The notes under the pieces are model-generated. The model was not told the origin of the DNA. It worked only from the letters and a program-made list of their open reading frames with translations, and searched no databases. The position numbers and the translations under genes were made by a program. Positions 18,741-26,707 of a DNA stretch of 47,403 nt are shown here, piece after piece. The stretch's first letter is position 1. Each line of letters begins with the position of its first letter. Source of the stretch: a bacterium (GTDB lineage: Bacteria; Patescibacteriota; CPR2; UBA1875; CAIMLA01); contig JBAXEY010000002.1 of assembly GCA_037140175.1 (NCBI GenBank), positions 1 through 47,403 of the forward strand. The letters are read 5' to 3'.

Positions 18741-18830
18741 TTAAATTACAATAAGCTCCCTCGTCTGGGATTTACTTCCTTCTGCCGGTAGTTCCCTTCC
18801 TTTTTCAAGAAAGAAACTGCTTACTAGCAT
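18741..18830 (-). pseudogene. Orphan, truncated third copy of the giant-protein 5' leader/N-terminal module (29-codon ORF MLVSSFFLEKGRELPAEGSKSQTRELIVI)
   Basis: I translated this stretch myself. FLEKGRELPAEGSKSQTRELI aligns with FLKNGRKKTAESKSLYEGLI (ORF 8154..18476) and FLKKGRRGKTEGKALYRGVI (upstream of ORF 1191..8000). At the DNA level, AGTAAATCC....GAGGGA.CTTAT is shared with 18385-18420. A stop follows at 18741-18743. Confidence 0.55.
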
Positions 18831-18882
18831 AATAAGGTTGTGAATCATTCCCCTCGCTTTTGTTTCTATATCGAACAGCTTA

Positions 18883-18911
18883 AGAATAATATTTAGCCAT
18901 CTGATTGTCAA
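18883..18911 (-). promoter_or_regulatory. Candidate sigma70-type promoter upstream of the orphan leader copy (TTGACA-17-TATTCT)
   Basis: Reverse complement of 18906-18911 is TTGACA and of 18883-18888 is TATTCT, with a 17-nt spacer. This is hexamer matching only. Confidence 0.3.
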
Positions 18912-18987
18912 GAATTTACTGCCTCAATTTTATATAATTATTTACGGTTTCATTTTTCTATCAGTCACCATTATTACGATGTTTTTC

Positions 18988-19016
18988 TTGAAAAATCCAT
19001 CCATCTAAACTATATT
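18988..19016 (+). promoter_or_regulatory. Candidate promoter for the structured RNA (TTGAAA-17-TATATT)
   Basis: TTGAAA at 18988-18993, a 17-nt spacer, and TATATT at 19011-19016. The predicted start is near 19023, just before the GC-rich block begins. Confidence 0.45.
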
Positions 19017-19022
19017 ATTCTT

Positions 19023-19461
19023 AGTACCACAGTCCTCATTTCCTCTAGAGGGGAGGAAGTTTGACGCCAGGATATAGGTTCGGCCGTCTCGGTGCTCGGG
19101 ATTCTCTGCCTAAGGGTAGAAGAAAACCAAGAGGAGGTTGCGTAGATCAACCAACCAGGTTCTGGGTGGAAGTCATTCCGCCCAATCGGGGGAATCGTGA
19201 GCATAAGGCGAAAGAGAACTGACGGCTGACGTCAAGACTACCGAAAGGAGCCCGCTATGGTTCTGTCCCGGAGACGTAAGTTCCCGAGCAAACCCAAGCG
19301 GGAGGGGGTGATCTAACAAACGATCCCTTTGACCGGGGATTGTGACCGGGTGTCATATGCAATCGACATTCGTGGGGGCTAACCCCCCTCAAACTATCCG
19401 CACAAAAGCACAAAGGAGCGGATGGAGAAATCGCATTTATCACCCCTAGGGTAGAAAGTCA
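19023..19461 (+). ncRNA. Unassigned structured RNA of about 440-490 nt, bounded by a promoter and a terminator. Family not recognised.
   Basis: The block is conspicuously GC-richer than the AT-rich spacer on its left. No credible ORF is present (track ORFs 19010..19204 and 19255..19443 are antisense and non-protein-like). Stem-loop candidates include CCGAAAGG (19241-19248, GAAA loop) and GGGGG-CTAA-CCCCC (19374-19387). Longer-range pairings are CCCGCT 19251-19256 with AGCGGG 19297-19302, and GGGGTGAT 19305-19312 with ATCACCCC 19439-19446. Purine-rich loops and the terminator orientation favour the plus strand. Confidence 0.5.
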
Positions 19462-19509
19462 CGGCCGGTGTTGCATCATAGAAAATGCGGCACCGGCCGC
19501 ATTCTTTTA
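19462..19509 (+). terminator. Intrinsic terminator: 14-bp stem, 10-nt loop, T-rich tail
   Basis: CGGCCGGTGTTGCA (19462-19475) pairs with TGCGGCACCGGCCG (19486-19499), followed by CATTCTTTTAT. It may also act on the convergent minus-strand murE-like gene that ends at 19523. Confidence 0.7.
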
Positions 19510-19522
19510 TATGTTTTCGTAA

Positions 19523-20830
19523 TTATTCTAGTTCGCTTAAAATTTCTTCGATTATCTCTGGCTCATCCCACTGAATCTTCTTGTTTCCACCCATATTTCT
19601 AAATTTTTCATGACCCATACCGGTGATAACAACCGTATCTCCGGCTGTTGCTATCTCTAAGGCTTTTTTGATCGCTTCGCGTCGATCTAAGATTATTTCT
19701 ATACCTTTTTTCCGAACTGTAAATGCACCCTCTGCGATTGAGTCGACTATTAATGCGGGATTTTCACTATAAGATTCTTCGTCTGTTATAATGACTTCAT
19801 CTGTTAATTTGGCTGCAACTGCGCCTAATTTTGGTCTTTTTGTTTTGTCTCGATCTCCCGTTGCTCCAAACACTGAGATTATTCGTCCTGGGGTAATCCT
19901 TTTTAACTCACGAAATAGGAGTTCAAATGACTCTGGCGTTACCGCATAATCAACAAATATCTTGATGTCTCTTTTATTTGAGATCTCTTCCATCCGTCCT
20001 TTGACCAGCTTCACAGACTCTAATCCTCTTATAATAGTCTCTGGTTCAATCTCAAGCGCTCGACCACACGTATAAGCGGCCAGCATATTATAGATATTAA
20101 ACTTAGCTGGTAGGGCTGACTTGACTGGGTATTTTTTATCATTCTCAACTATTTCAAATTCACATTTCTCGCCAAAAATCATATTGGTAGCCCAGATCTC
20201 ACCATTTTCAAGTCCATAAGTATACTTTTTGTCTGCGGAGAAGTTATAAAAATATTTCCATTCCTTGTCGTCGCTGTTTACAATTATTGTTTTTGGAAAG
20301 CCCTTTTTCTTTGATTTGGACAGTCCTGAAAAGAGCTTGCCTTTGGCGGCGCGGTAATTTTCCATTGTTTTATGGAAGTTCAGGTGCTCTGGAGAGAGAT
20401 TGGTGAAGATTGCCAGATCAAAAGCAATTCCCCAAACACGATGCCAGGCTATGCCCTCACTCGCCACCTCCACAACTGCATGAGTACAGCCGGCGTCTAC
20501 CATTTGTCTCAATAGTTTTTGGAGTTTCCAGCGACCAAGGGTTGTTCTGCTAGTATCGTTTTCGATCCTTTTGCCTGCGATCTCAAAGGCCACCGAGGAG
20601 GTCATCCCGGTTTTAAGACCGCTATTTTTTAGAACAGCCGTGACTAAATCAGCGGTGGTTGATTTTCCATTTGTGCCAGTAATTCCAATCATAATCATCT
20701 TTTTCCCAGGAAAACCATATTTAATATTGCCTGTTATTGCTAACAGCAAATGGTAATATGGCTGGAAAAATCTAAAAAGTGACTTCGGTATTATTTTTCG
20801 TCCAAGGCTCAAAATTGACTCTAATTTCAT
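19523..20830 (-). CDS. Mur ligase family protein, MurE-like (UDP-MurNAc-tripeptide synthetase), short form
   Basis: P-loop GITGTNGKSTT. NLSPEHLNFHKTMENYRAAKGKLF matches the MurE NL..DHLD.H.TME.Y..AK..LF region. A C-terminal Mur ligase domain is present (GATGDRDKTKRP). The start ATG overlaps the stop of the upstream femAB-like gene (ATGA at 20827-20830). Confidence 0.75.
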   Translation of the reverse strand: MKLESILSLGRKIIPKSLFRFFQPYYHLLLAITGNIKYGFPGKKMIMIGITGTNGKSTTADLVTAVLKNSGLKTGMTSSVAFEIAGKRIENDTSRTTLGRWKLQKLLRQMVDAGCTHAVVEVASEGIAWHRVWGIAFDLAIFTNLSPEHLNFHKTMENYRAAKGKLFSGLSKSKKKGFPKTIIVNSDDKEWKYFYNFSADKKYTYGLENGEIWATNMIFGEKCEFEIVENDKKYPVKSALPAKFNIYNMLAAYTCGRALEIEPETIIRGLESVKLVKGRMEEISNKRDIKIFVDYAVTPESFELLFRELKRITPGRIISVFGATGDRDKTKRPKLGAVAAKLTDEVIITDEESYSENPALIVDSIAEGAFTVRKKGIEIILDRREAIKKALEIATAGDTVVITGMGHEKFRNMGGNKKIQWDEPEIIEEILSELE

Positions 20831-21798
20831 TTCCTAAATAATCCTTTCCTGACAATGTTTATTAAGGAAAACATTCTATACCAAAGCGGTTCAAAAGTAT
20901 AGTCAAACGCTCCCAATAAATGAACTGGCTCTCCGCCTAAACTTTTTTTAAACCTGGTTATCCCTGCCCATGGATGTTCTGGATTATCATCAGGTGCTAT
21001 CCCCCAAAAATCATATACCTGGCAGCCACGTTTTTTTGCCTCGACAATCGCGGCCCACTGTGCAAGGTGATTGGGCATGAACTCCCTTTTGTGATCACTC
21101 GAGGCACCATGCAAATAAATCGCTGTTTTACCATAAAAACAGACCATAATAACCGATAATATTTCTTTCTCATACTCAGCGACAAATAGTGAGATGTTTT
21201 TTGTTTGTGTAAGGCCCTCTAACAATTTTTCATAATGATCGTAACCAAATGAGGTAAAGCCACGTTCCTTCATGCCGACAGACAAATCGTAAAAAGCTTT
21301 TAGATCTTCTCTTTTCTGACTCTGTCGTATCGATATCCCCTTCCGTTCTGCCACCCTAATATTATAACGGCCTTTAGGCTTCATCTCGGCCTGTATTTGA
21401 CCTTCGTCATTTCTTAAATCCAATAACAAAGTATCCATCGGTGAATATTGTCGTGAGAGGGGTGAGTTTTTTTTGACTTTGCTAAAACCAAGTTTTTTTA
21501 ATGTCCCATTTGGAACTTTGAAGGGTTCAACTCTCATAAAAACACAATTTTCGCTTCTGGCGATCTCTTTGGCTTTTTTTAGAAATACATGCCAACCCTG
21601 AACTGAACATTGGGGTCCCCTTGGAACATACAAGTATGATTTTCCCTTATATAAAGGTAATTTTATTACCAGGCTTTCATCTTCATCACAAGACACAAAC
21701 CAGGTCTTGTGACCTAATTCGTTATGAAAAGAGGCCCACACTTTGGACTGTAGGAGATTGTTATCAGAATTTGTATAGATATCAATTAGGTCTTTCAT
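20827..21798 (-). CDS. FemAB-family peptidoglycan interpeptide-bridge aminoacyltransferase (FemX-like)
   Basis: 323 aa with FemAB-like length and motifs (LQS..W..F....G.....; YLHGASSD; WGI....). It is translationally coupled to the murE-like gene. The assignment is by family resemblance only. Confidence 0.6.
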   Translation of the reverse strand: MKDLIDIYTNSDNNLLQSKVWASFHNELGHKTWFVSCDEDESLVIKLPLYKGKSYLYVPRGPQCSVQGWHVFLKKAKEIARSENCVFMRVEPFKVPNGTLKKLGFSKVKKNSPLSRQYSPMDTLLLDLRNDEGQIQAEMKPKGRYNIRVAERKGISIRQSQKREDLKAFYDLSVGMKERGFTSFGYDHYEKLLEGLTQTKNISLFVAEYEKEILSVIMVCFYGKTAIYLHGASSDHKREFMPNHLAQWAAIVEAKKRGCQVYDFWGIAPDDNPEHPWAGITRFKKSLGGEPVHLLGAFDYTFEPLWYRMFSLINIVRKGLFRK

Positions 21799-21837
21799 GG
21801 GCTTTTTTATTGTAGCATAACCTGGTAAAATGAACCC

Positions 21838-22914
21838 GTGAAAATTTTAGCTATAGAAACAAGTTGTGATGATACCTCGGTTGCAATAATCAAAGACGGC
21901 AGAGATGTATTAAGCTCGATCATTTCTTCTCAAATTGATTTGCATGCTTTATATGGTGGTGTAGTGCCCGAAGTCGCAGCTCGAGCCCATATACAAAATA
22001 TTTTGCCTGTCTTAGATCAAGCCCTGGATGCTGCGAAGTTAAAAATATCAGACGTAGACAGTATTGCCGTGACAAGAGGACCTGGCCTCATCGGCTCCCT
22101 GATTGTAGGGGTAAACACCGCTCGGGTTCTGGCGACCATCTACAACAAGCCCCTCATCGCTCTGCACCATACTGAAGGTCATATCTATGCCAACTGGCTA
22201 GAAAAAACGAAACCCTTGGCTCCTAAATTTCCTTTGATATGTTTGACCGTCTCGGGGGGACATTCTAATTTGATTTATATGATGGATAACCTTAGTTATC
22301 AAATCGTTGGCGAAACTCACGATGATTCTGCTGGGGAAGCTTTTGACAAAGTAGCACGAATGTTAGGACTTTCTTATCCTGGTGGCCCTATTATTTCTAA
22401 ATGTGCACAAGCGGGAGATGAAGCCGCTTTTGGCTTCCCCCGGGTTGATCTAACCCAAAAGCCTTTTAGAAATGAGGCAGGCTATATGGAAAAGTCACCC
22501 GAAAGTCTCGATTTTTCTTTTTCGGGGCTAAAAACAGCCGTTCTAAAAGAAGTTCGAGCCTTGGAGCTATCAGGCTCTTTGTCTGACAATCAGAAAAACG
22601 ACATTGCCGCCTCCTTTCAACTTTGTTTAAACGAAATATTAGTTCGAAACACTGTTCGTGCAACAAAACGATATAAAGTAAAAACTGTCCTGCTCTCTGG
22701 AGGAGTCGCCGCCAATAGTCAGCTTCGGACCATGTTAACTGAGGCCATCGAAAATTTAGTTGATGTTAAGTTTTACTATCCAAAATTAGCTTTTTGTACC
22801 GATAACGCCGCCATGATTGGTGCGGCGGCCTATCAGCGTGCCCTATTAGGTGATTTTTCTGATCCCTTAACCTTAATACCAGATTCTGGCTTAAAATTGC
22901 TTTCTGCAAGCTAA
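21838..22914 (+). CDS. tsaD: tRNA N6-adenosine threonylcarbamoyltransferase TsaD (Kae1/Gcp family)
   Basis: MKILAIETSCDDTSVAI, HHTEGH, VSGGHS and GGVAAN are canonical TsaD motifs. The start is GTG at 21838, with no SD. Confidence 0.9.
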   Translation: MKILAIETSCDDTSVAIIKDGRDVLSSIISSQIDLHALYGGVVPEVAARAHIQNILPVLDQALDAAKLKISDVDSIAVTRGPGLIGSLIVGVNTARVLATIYNKPLIALHHTEGHIYANWLEKTKPLAPKFPLICLTVSGGHSNLIYMMDNLSYQIVGETHDDSAGEAFDKVARMLGLSYPGGPIISKCAQAGDEAAFGFPRVDLTQKPFRNEAGYMEKSPESLDFSFSGLKTAVLKEVRALELSGSLSDNQKNDIAASFQLCLNEILVRNTVRATKRYKVKTVLLSGGVAANSQLRTMLTEAIENLVDVKFYYPKLAFCTDNAAMIGAAAYQRALLGDFSDPLTLIPDSGLKLLSAS

Positions 22915-22935
22915 TCCTGTATAAATATAGATATT

Positions 22936-25104
22936 ATGGAAATGTCAAAAGCTTACAATCCAAAAGAACATGAAGATACAATTTATCAATCATGGGAAGA
23001 TAATGGCTTCTTTAAGCCCCAAATTGATAAATCTAAAAAACCCTACGTGGTCATGATACCACCGCCAAACGTGACTGGTTCTCTTCATATAGGCCACGCC
23101 TTGGACAATACGATTCAAGACGTGCTCGTCCGTTACCACCGAATGAAGGGCCTTCCCACCCTTTGGGTCCCAGGGACTGATCATGCTGGGATTGCGACCC
23201 AAAACAAAGTGGAACAAAAATTAGCCAAAAGTGGGAAAAGTAAACATGACTTGGGTCGAGAAAAATTTGTTGAGGTGGTTTGGAAATGGAAGGATGAATA
23301 TCAAGAAAATATAGTTGGTCAACTAAAAAAGCTGGGATCGTCGTGTGACTGGTCTAGGCTTCGGTTCACCATGGATGATGATTATAGCAAAGCCGTCATA
23401 GAAGCATTTGTTCATTATTATGATAAAGGTTACCTTTATCGCGGTAATAGGATTATTAACTGGTGCCCAAGATGCCACACCTCTATTTCAGATCTGGAAG
23501 TAGAGCACGAGGAGGAAGTTGGTTCACTTTGGCACATCAAATATCAGTTAGTTGATGGGGGGGAGATCACAGTCGCTACGACCAGACCCGAAACGATGCT
23601 AGGGGACACCGCCATTGCCGTCAATCCTAAGGATAAGAAATATACTAAGCTTATTGGTAAAATAGCGATTTTACCGCTTGTTAACCGTGAAATTCCAATC
23701 GTGGCCGATGATGCCGTTGAGCTGGGCTTTGGGACAGGAGCGGTCAAAATTACTCCTGCTCACGATCCTGTCGACTTTGAAATTAGCGAAAGACATGGTT
23801 TAGAAAAGATAATCGTAATAGATGAAGATGGAAAGATGACCAAAGAAGCGGGGGATCAGTTCCTCGGCATGGACCGTTTTGAAGCCAGAGAAGTAGTCTT
23901 GGAGCAACTTAGAGAAGGGAATTGGCTAACAAAGACTGAACCCTATCCACATAGTGTTGGACACTGCTCGCGCTGTCATACTGTTGTCGAGCCTCTTTTG
24001 TCCCTGCAGTGGTTCCTCTCTATGAAAGACCTAGCCAAACCAGCAATCAAAGCCGTCGAGACAGGCAAAATCAAATTACATCCAGCCAAATGGGATAAAG
24101 TTTACCTTGACTGGATGAACAACATTAGAGACTGGTGTGTTTCAAGGCAGCTTTGGTGGGGCCATCAATTGCCAGTTTGGTACTGCGACTGCGGTGAAGT
24201 TATTATTTCAAAGAAATGGGCTCTTGAAGATATGCAGAATGTTTCACGTGAAACATTGGATAGAAGTTGTCCAAAGTGTGGTTCTACTAAAATTGTTAGA
24301 GACCAAGATGTGCTTGATACTTGGTTTTCCAGTGCTCTCTGGCCCTTCGCAACATTGGGCTGGCCAGAAAAAACTTCTGACCTAGGTTATTATTTTCCTA
24401 CAAGCTTCCTAACCACAGCACGGGATATACTTTATCTCTGGGTTTCAAGAATGATAATGTCCAGCGCTGAATTTATGAACGAAATTCCTTTCAAAGATGT
24501 TTACATCCATGCGACTGTTTTTAATAAGGAAGGTAAAAGGATGTCCAAATCACTTGGAACGGGGATTGACCCGCTAGAGTTGATGGACAAATACGGTACT
24601 GATGCGACTCGTTTTGGTCTTTTGTGGCAGACCGCTCAAGGACAAGATATGAAATTTAGCGAAGATGCAGTTTTGAATGGTCAGAGATTCGCCAATAAAA
24701 TCTGGAACGCCTCTAAGTTTGTGATGATGAACTTAGAGGATTACAAAATTGTTTCACGTGAAACAATTAAGCATGACTTCACAAAAGAAGATCTGGCAAT
24801 CTTGGCTGAACTAGCTGACACAAAAAATAAAATAGAAAAATATTTTACTAAATATGACTTCCAGCACGCCGTTGAACTGATCTACGAATTTTTCTGGCAT
24901 AGCTTTTGTGACACTTATATTGAAAATGCCAAAACCAGAATCAGAGAGAACGACAAATCAAAAGTTGCAGCCCAATTTACTTTAAATAAGATATTAGTAG
25001 ACTCACTAAAGCTATTACATCCTTTTATGCCCTTCGTTACTGAGGTAATCTGGGGAAACTTAGATCAGAAAGATCCACTAATTATTTCTGATTGGCCCAG
25101 TTAA
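22936..25104 (+). CDS. valS: Valyl-tRNA synthetase, short form (722 aa, apparently lacking the long C-terminal coiled-coil extension)
   Basis: The HIGH motif is PPNVTGSLHIGHAL and the KMSKS variant is KRMSKSLG. Also present are TRPETMLGDTA, WCVSRQLWWGHQLP and DVLDTWFSS. Confidence 0.9.
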   Translation: MEMSKAYNPKEHEDTIYQSWEDNGFFKPQIDKSKKPYVVMIPPPNVTGSLHIGHALDNTIQDVLVRYHRMKGLPTLWVPGTDHAGIATQNKVEQKLAKSGKSKHDLGREKFVEVVWKWKDEYQENIVGQLKKLGSSCDWSRLRFTMDDDYSKAVIEAFVHYYDKGYLYRGNRIINWCPRCHTSISDLEVEHEEEVGSLWHIKYQLVDGGEITVATTRPETMLGDTAIAVNPKDKKYTKLIGKIAILPLVNREIPIVADDAVELGFGTGAVKITPAHDPVDFEISERHGLEKIIVIDEDGKMTKEAGDQFLGMDRFEAREVVLEQLREGNWLTKTEPYPHSVGHCSRCHTVVEPLLSLQWFLSMKDLAKPAIKAVETGKIKLHPAKWDKVYLDWMNNIRDWCVSRQLWWGHQLPVWYCDCGEVIISKKWALEDMQNVSRETLDRSCPKCGSTKIVRDQDVLDTWFSSALWPFATLGWPEKTSDLGYYFPTSFLTTARDILYLWVSRMIMSSAEFMNEIPFKDVYIHATVFNKEGKRMSKSLGTGIDPLELMDKYGTDATRFGLLWQTAQGQDMKFSEDAVLNGQRFANKIWNASKFVMMNLEDYKIVSRETIKHDFTKEDLAILAELADTKNKIEKYFTKYDFQHAVELIYEFFWHSFCDTYIENAKTRIRENDKSKVAAQFTLNKILVDSLKLLHPFMPFVTEVIWGNLDQKDPLIISDWPS
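24238..24257. repeat. 20-bp perfect palindrome AATGTTTCACGTGAAACATT inside valS
   Basis: Checked by reverse-complementing. It shares the 16-bp core TGTTTCACGTGAAACA with 24747-24768. Confidence 0.9.
24747..24768. repeat. 22-bp perfect palindrome AATTGTTTCACGTGAAACAATT inside valS
   Basis: Checked by reverse-complementing. It has the same core as 24238-24257, and both encode VSRET in the valS frame. Confidence 0.9.
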
Positions 25105-25168
25105 GGGCTTATTGAGTTCAAGCTCTTGTTCTGTGAGAGCACTTGGAATCTTTGATAAAACAAGGTTT

Positions 25169-26089
25169 TTATTGCCATATAATGTTTTTTAGGAACTCTC
25201 TATATTGCTTTGCTTCATCGTTTTTATTCAGCAAGTCAGCCACCTCGACTAAATGTTGATAAGTTTGTGGATAATACGGATCAATTGTTTTTGCTGAGAG
25301 TAAATATTGATAACTTTCTTTGTAGGTCTTTCTTATATAGTACTCATTAGCAAGTAGTAAATAACCGTCCCTGTTCAGTTGAGAAGTCTCACTCCTCCCC
25401 CTTAGAAACGTAAATGCTGCCTGTGGATAATCGTTATCTAAAAGATATTGATAGAGCCAGTTTATTCTCATTGAAAGAGCAGGGGATTGAGCAATGGCGT
25501 TGAGTTCACTTCTCCGATAATTCTTTTCATCTGGGACAAACTTTATTTCCTTATCGAAGTATAATTTAATCAAATCATTATAATATAGGGCCTCTTTGTT
25601 ATCGCTTGCCATAGAGTATGAAAGTTTGAAGTTCTCTTGTGCCTTTGTAATTTCACCTTCTTTTAAATATGTCTTACCTAGCCCTAGATATGCTTTTGGC
25701 GTTTTGTTAATACTCAACGATTTCTTAAATGCCTTTTCTGCATCTTTAAGTTTATTGCTTTTATAATAAACCTGCCCAAGTTCATAATACCCATTCGCCG
25801 TTTTTATCTTCTCGAAATAGTGTGTGGCTAATTTATCATAACCGTTTTCTGTCGCCTTTACTCCTGTTAAAAGATAGTTATTCTCTGATGGATCGAGCAG
25901 GGTTGCTTTCTGAAGGAGGACCAAACAATCTTTTTTGTCGTTTACTTTTTGGCTTTCTATCAATATTTCTTTTGATTTTTGGATCCTCCAGACATCTAGT
26001 TTCACATATCCATACCCAAGCAAGACAGTAATTGCACTCAACAATAAAGCCGCTCCTAAATAAAATAATATCTTCTGTCTCTTTGCCAT
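25169..26089 (-). CDS. Membrane-anchored TPR-repeat protein
   Basis: N-terminal TM LFYLGAALLLSAITVLLGYGYV. TPR-like units follow (YYELGQVYYKSNKLKDAEKAFKKSL, AYLGLGKTYLKEGEITKAQENF). Confidence 0.7.
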   Translation of the reverse strand: MAKRQKILFYLGAALLLSAITVLLGYGYVKLDVWRIQKSKEILIESQKVNDKKDCLVLLQKATLLDPSENNYLLTGVKATENGYDKLATHYFEKIKTANGYYELGQVYYKSNKLKDAEKAFKKSLSINKTPKAYLGLGKTYLKEGEITKAQENFKLSYSMASDNKEALYYNDLIKLYFDKEIKFVPDEKNYRRSELNAIAQSPALSMRINWLYQYLLDNDYPQAAFTFLRGRSETSQLNRDGYLLLANEYYIRKTYKESYQYLLSAKTIDPYYPQTYQHLVEVADLLNKNDEAKQYREFLKNIIWQ

Positions 26090-26233
26090 AAATCTATTCT
26101 GACAAATTTTGCCATCTTTACAACACTTTATCTTGTTTTGTAGACTAAAATCAGCTATAATTTGACAGCTATATAATATTTGTAAAACTCGACAACTTTC
26201 CTATTCTTTTAGTCGGGAATAATAGCTCTGTGT

Positions 26234-26326
26234 GGAGAGGTACCCAAGTGGCTGAAGGGGCGGGTTTGCTAAACCTGTAGGTCGGGGTAACCCGGCGCGG
26301 GAGTTCGAATCTCCCCCTCTCCGCCA
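26234..26326 (+). tRNA. tRNA-Ser(GCU), class II with long variable arm, CCA encoded
   Basis: Manual fold: acceptor GGAGAGG/CCTCTCC, anticodon stem CGGGT/ACCTG, loop TTGCTAA (anticodon GCT), T-arm GCGGGAGTTCGAATCTCCC, and 3' GCCA. Confidence 0.85.
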
Positions 26327-26339
26327 ATTAAATCTTTCT

Positions 26340-26429
26340 GGAGAGGTGGCCGAGTGGTTGAAGGCAGCAGTCTTGAAAACTGCCATACCGGCAACGGTAT
26401 CGTGGGTTCGAATCCCACTCTCTCCGCCA
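26340..26429 (+). tRNA. tRNA-Ser(UGA), class II, CCA encoded
   Basis: Manual fold: acceptor GGAGAGG/TCTCTCC, anticodon stem GCAGT/ACTGC, loop CTTGAAA (anticodon TGA), T-arm GTGGGTTCGAATCCCAC. Confidence 0.85.
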
Positions 26430-26614
26430 GAAAGAAGGTGGAACTTTTTCAAAAAGTTCCAAAGATGCAAAAACGATCAAGAAGAAGGGAAGGTCCCAAC
26501 AGGGACCTTTTTGTTGTCTTAAGAGTTTGATTTATTCCTAGCCCACATGGGACTGGAACCTTTCGAAAATCGGCAAAATCCCTAAAGTTGTGGAATTTAT
26601 TAGGTATCACAGAT
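26401..26614 (+). repeat. Repeat copy 0: the genuine tRNA-Ser(UGA) 3' end plus a two-hairpin terminator and about 100 bp of downstream sequence
   Basis: GTGGGTTCGAATCCCACTCTCTCCGCCA, then GGAACTTTTTCAAAAAGTTCC, then GGTCCCAACAGGGACCTTTTT (26492-26512), then GGGACTGGAACCTTTCGAAAATCG ... TTGTGGAA ... TCACAGATA. It recurs at 27865 and 29445. Confidence 0.85.
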
Positions 26615-26643
26615 ATGAGAGAAGACACACTTCATTATTTCCC

Positions 26644-26673
26644 TTGACAACAACCTCCTAGTTAGGGTAGAAT
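26644..26673 (+). promoter_or_regulatory. Candidate promoter TTGACA-18-TAGAAT for the AAA ATPase gene
   Basis: TTGACA at 26644-26649 and TAGAAT at 26668-26673. ATG is at 26708, preceded by AAAGGG. Confidence 0.4.
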
Positions 26674-26707
26674 TGGGTGTATCAGGTCACCTAATTAAAG
26701 GGTTAAT

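Noticed and set aside
19010-19443. Track ORFs 19010..19204 and 19255..19443 (minus strand)
   Set aside because: Their composition is not protein-like, they have no RBS, and they lie antisense to a GC-rich structured block bounded by a promoter and a terminator.
19023-19461. Assigning the structured RNA as RNase P RNA or tmRNA
   Set aside because: There are partial look-alikes: GAGGAAGTTTGACGCC on the plus strand, GACAGAACCATAGCGGGC on the minus strand, and AAGGCGAAAGAGAAC. However, the RNase P P4-forming strings are not on one strand or in the right order. I found no T-arm with a CCA end and no tag reading frame. I have left it unassigned rather than guess.
20827-20830. Possible alternative genetic code (UGA=Gly as in some CPR lineages, or TAG reassignment) to explain the in-frame TAG at 1191
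   Set aside because: TGA ends the femAB-like gene in an ATGA overlap with the murE-like start and also ends 31594..31890. TAG ends at least five well-supported genes (31580, 33314, 33353, 35004, 35660). Protein lengths are normal under code 11.
22936-25104. The short ValRS (722 aa) as a possible pseudogene
   Set aside because: The HIGH, KMSKS-like, editing-domain and anticodon-binding signatures are all present in one intact frame. Only the C-terminal extension appears to be absent, which fits genome reduction.
26201-26470. 89-aa minus-strand ORF
   Set aside because: It is the antisense translation of the two tRNA-Ser genes.
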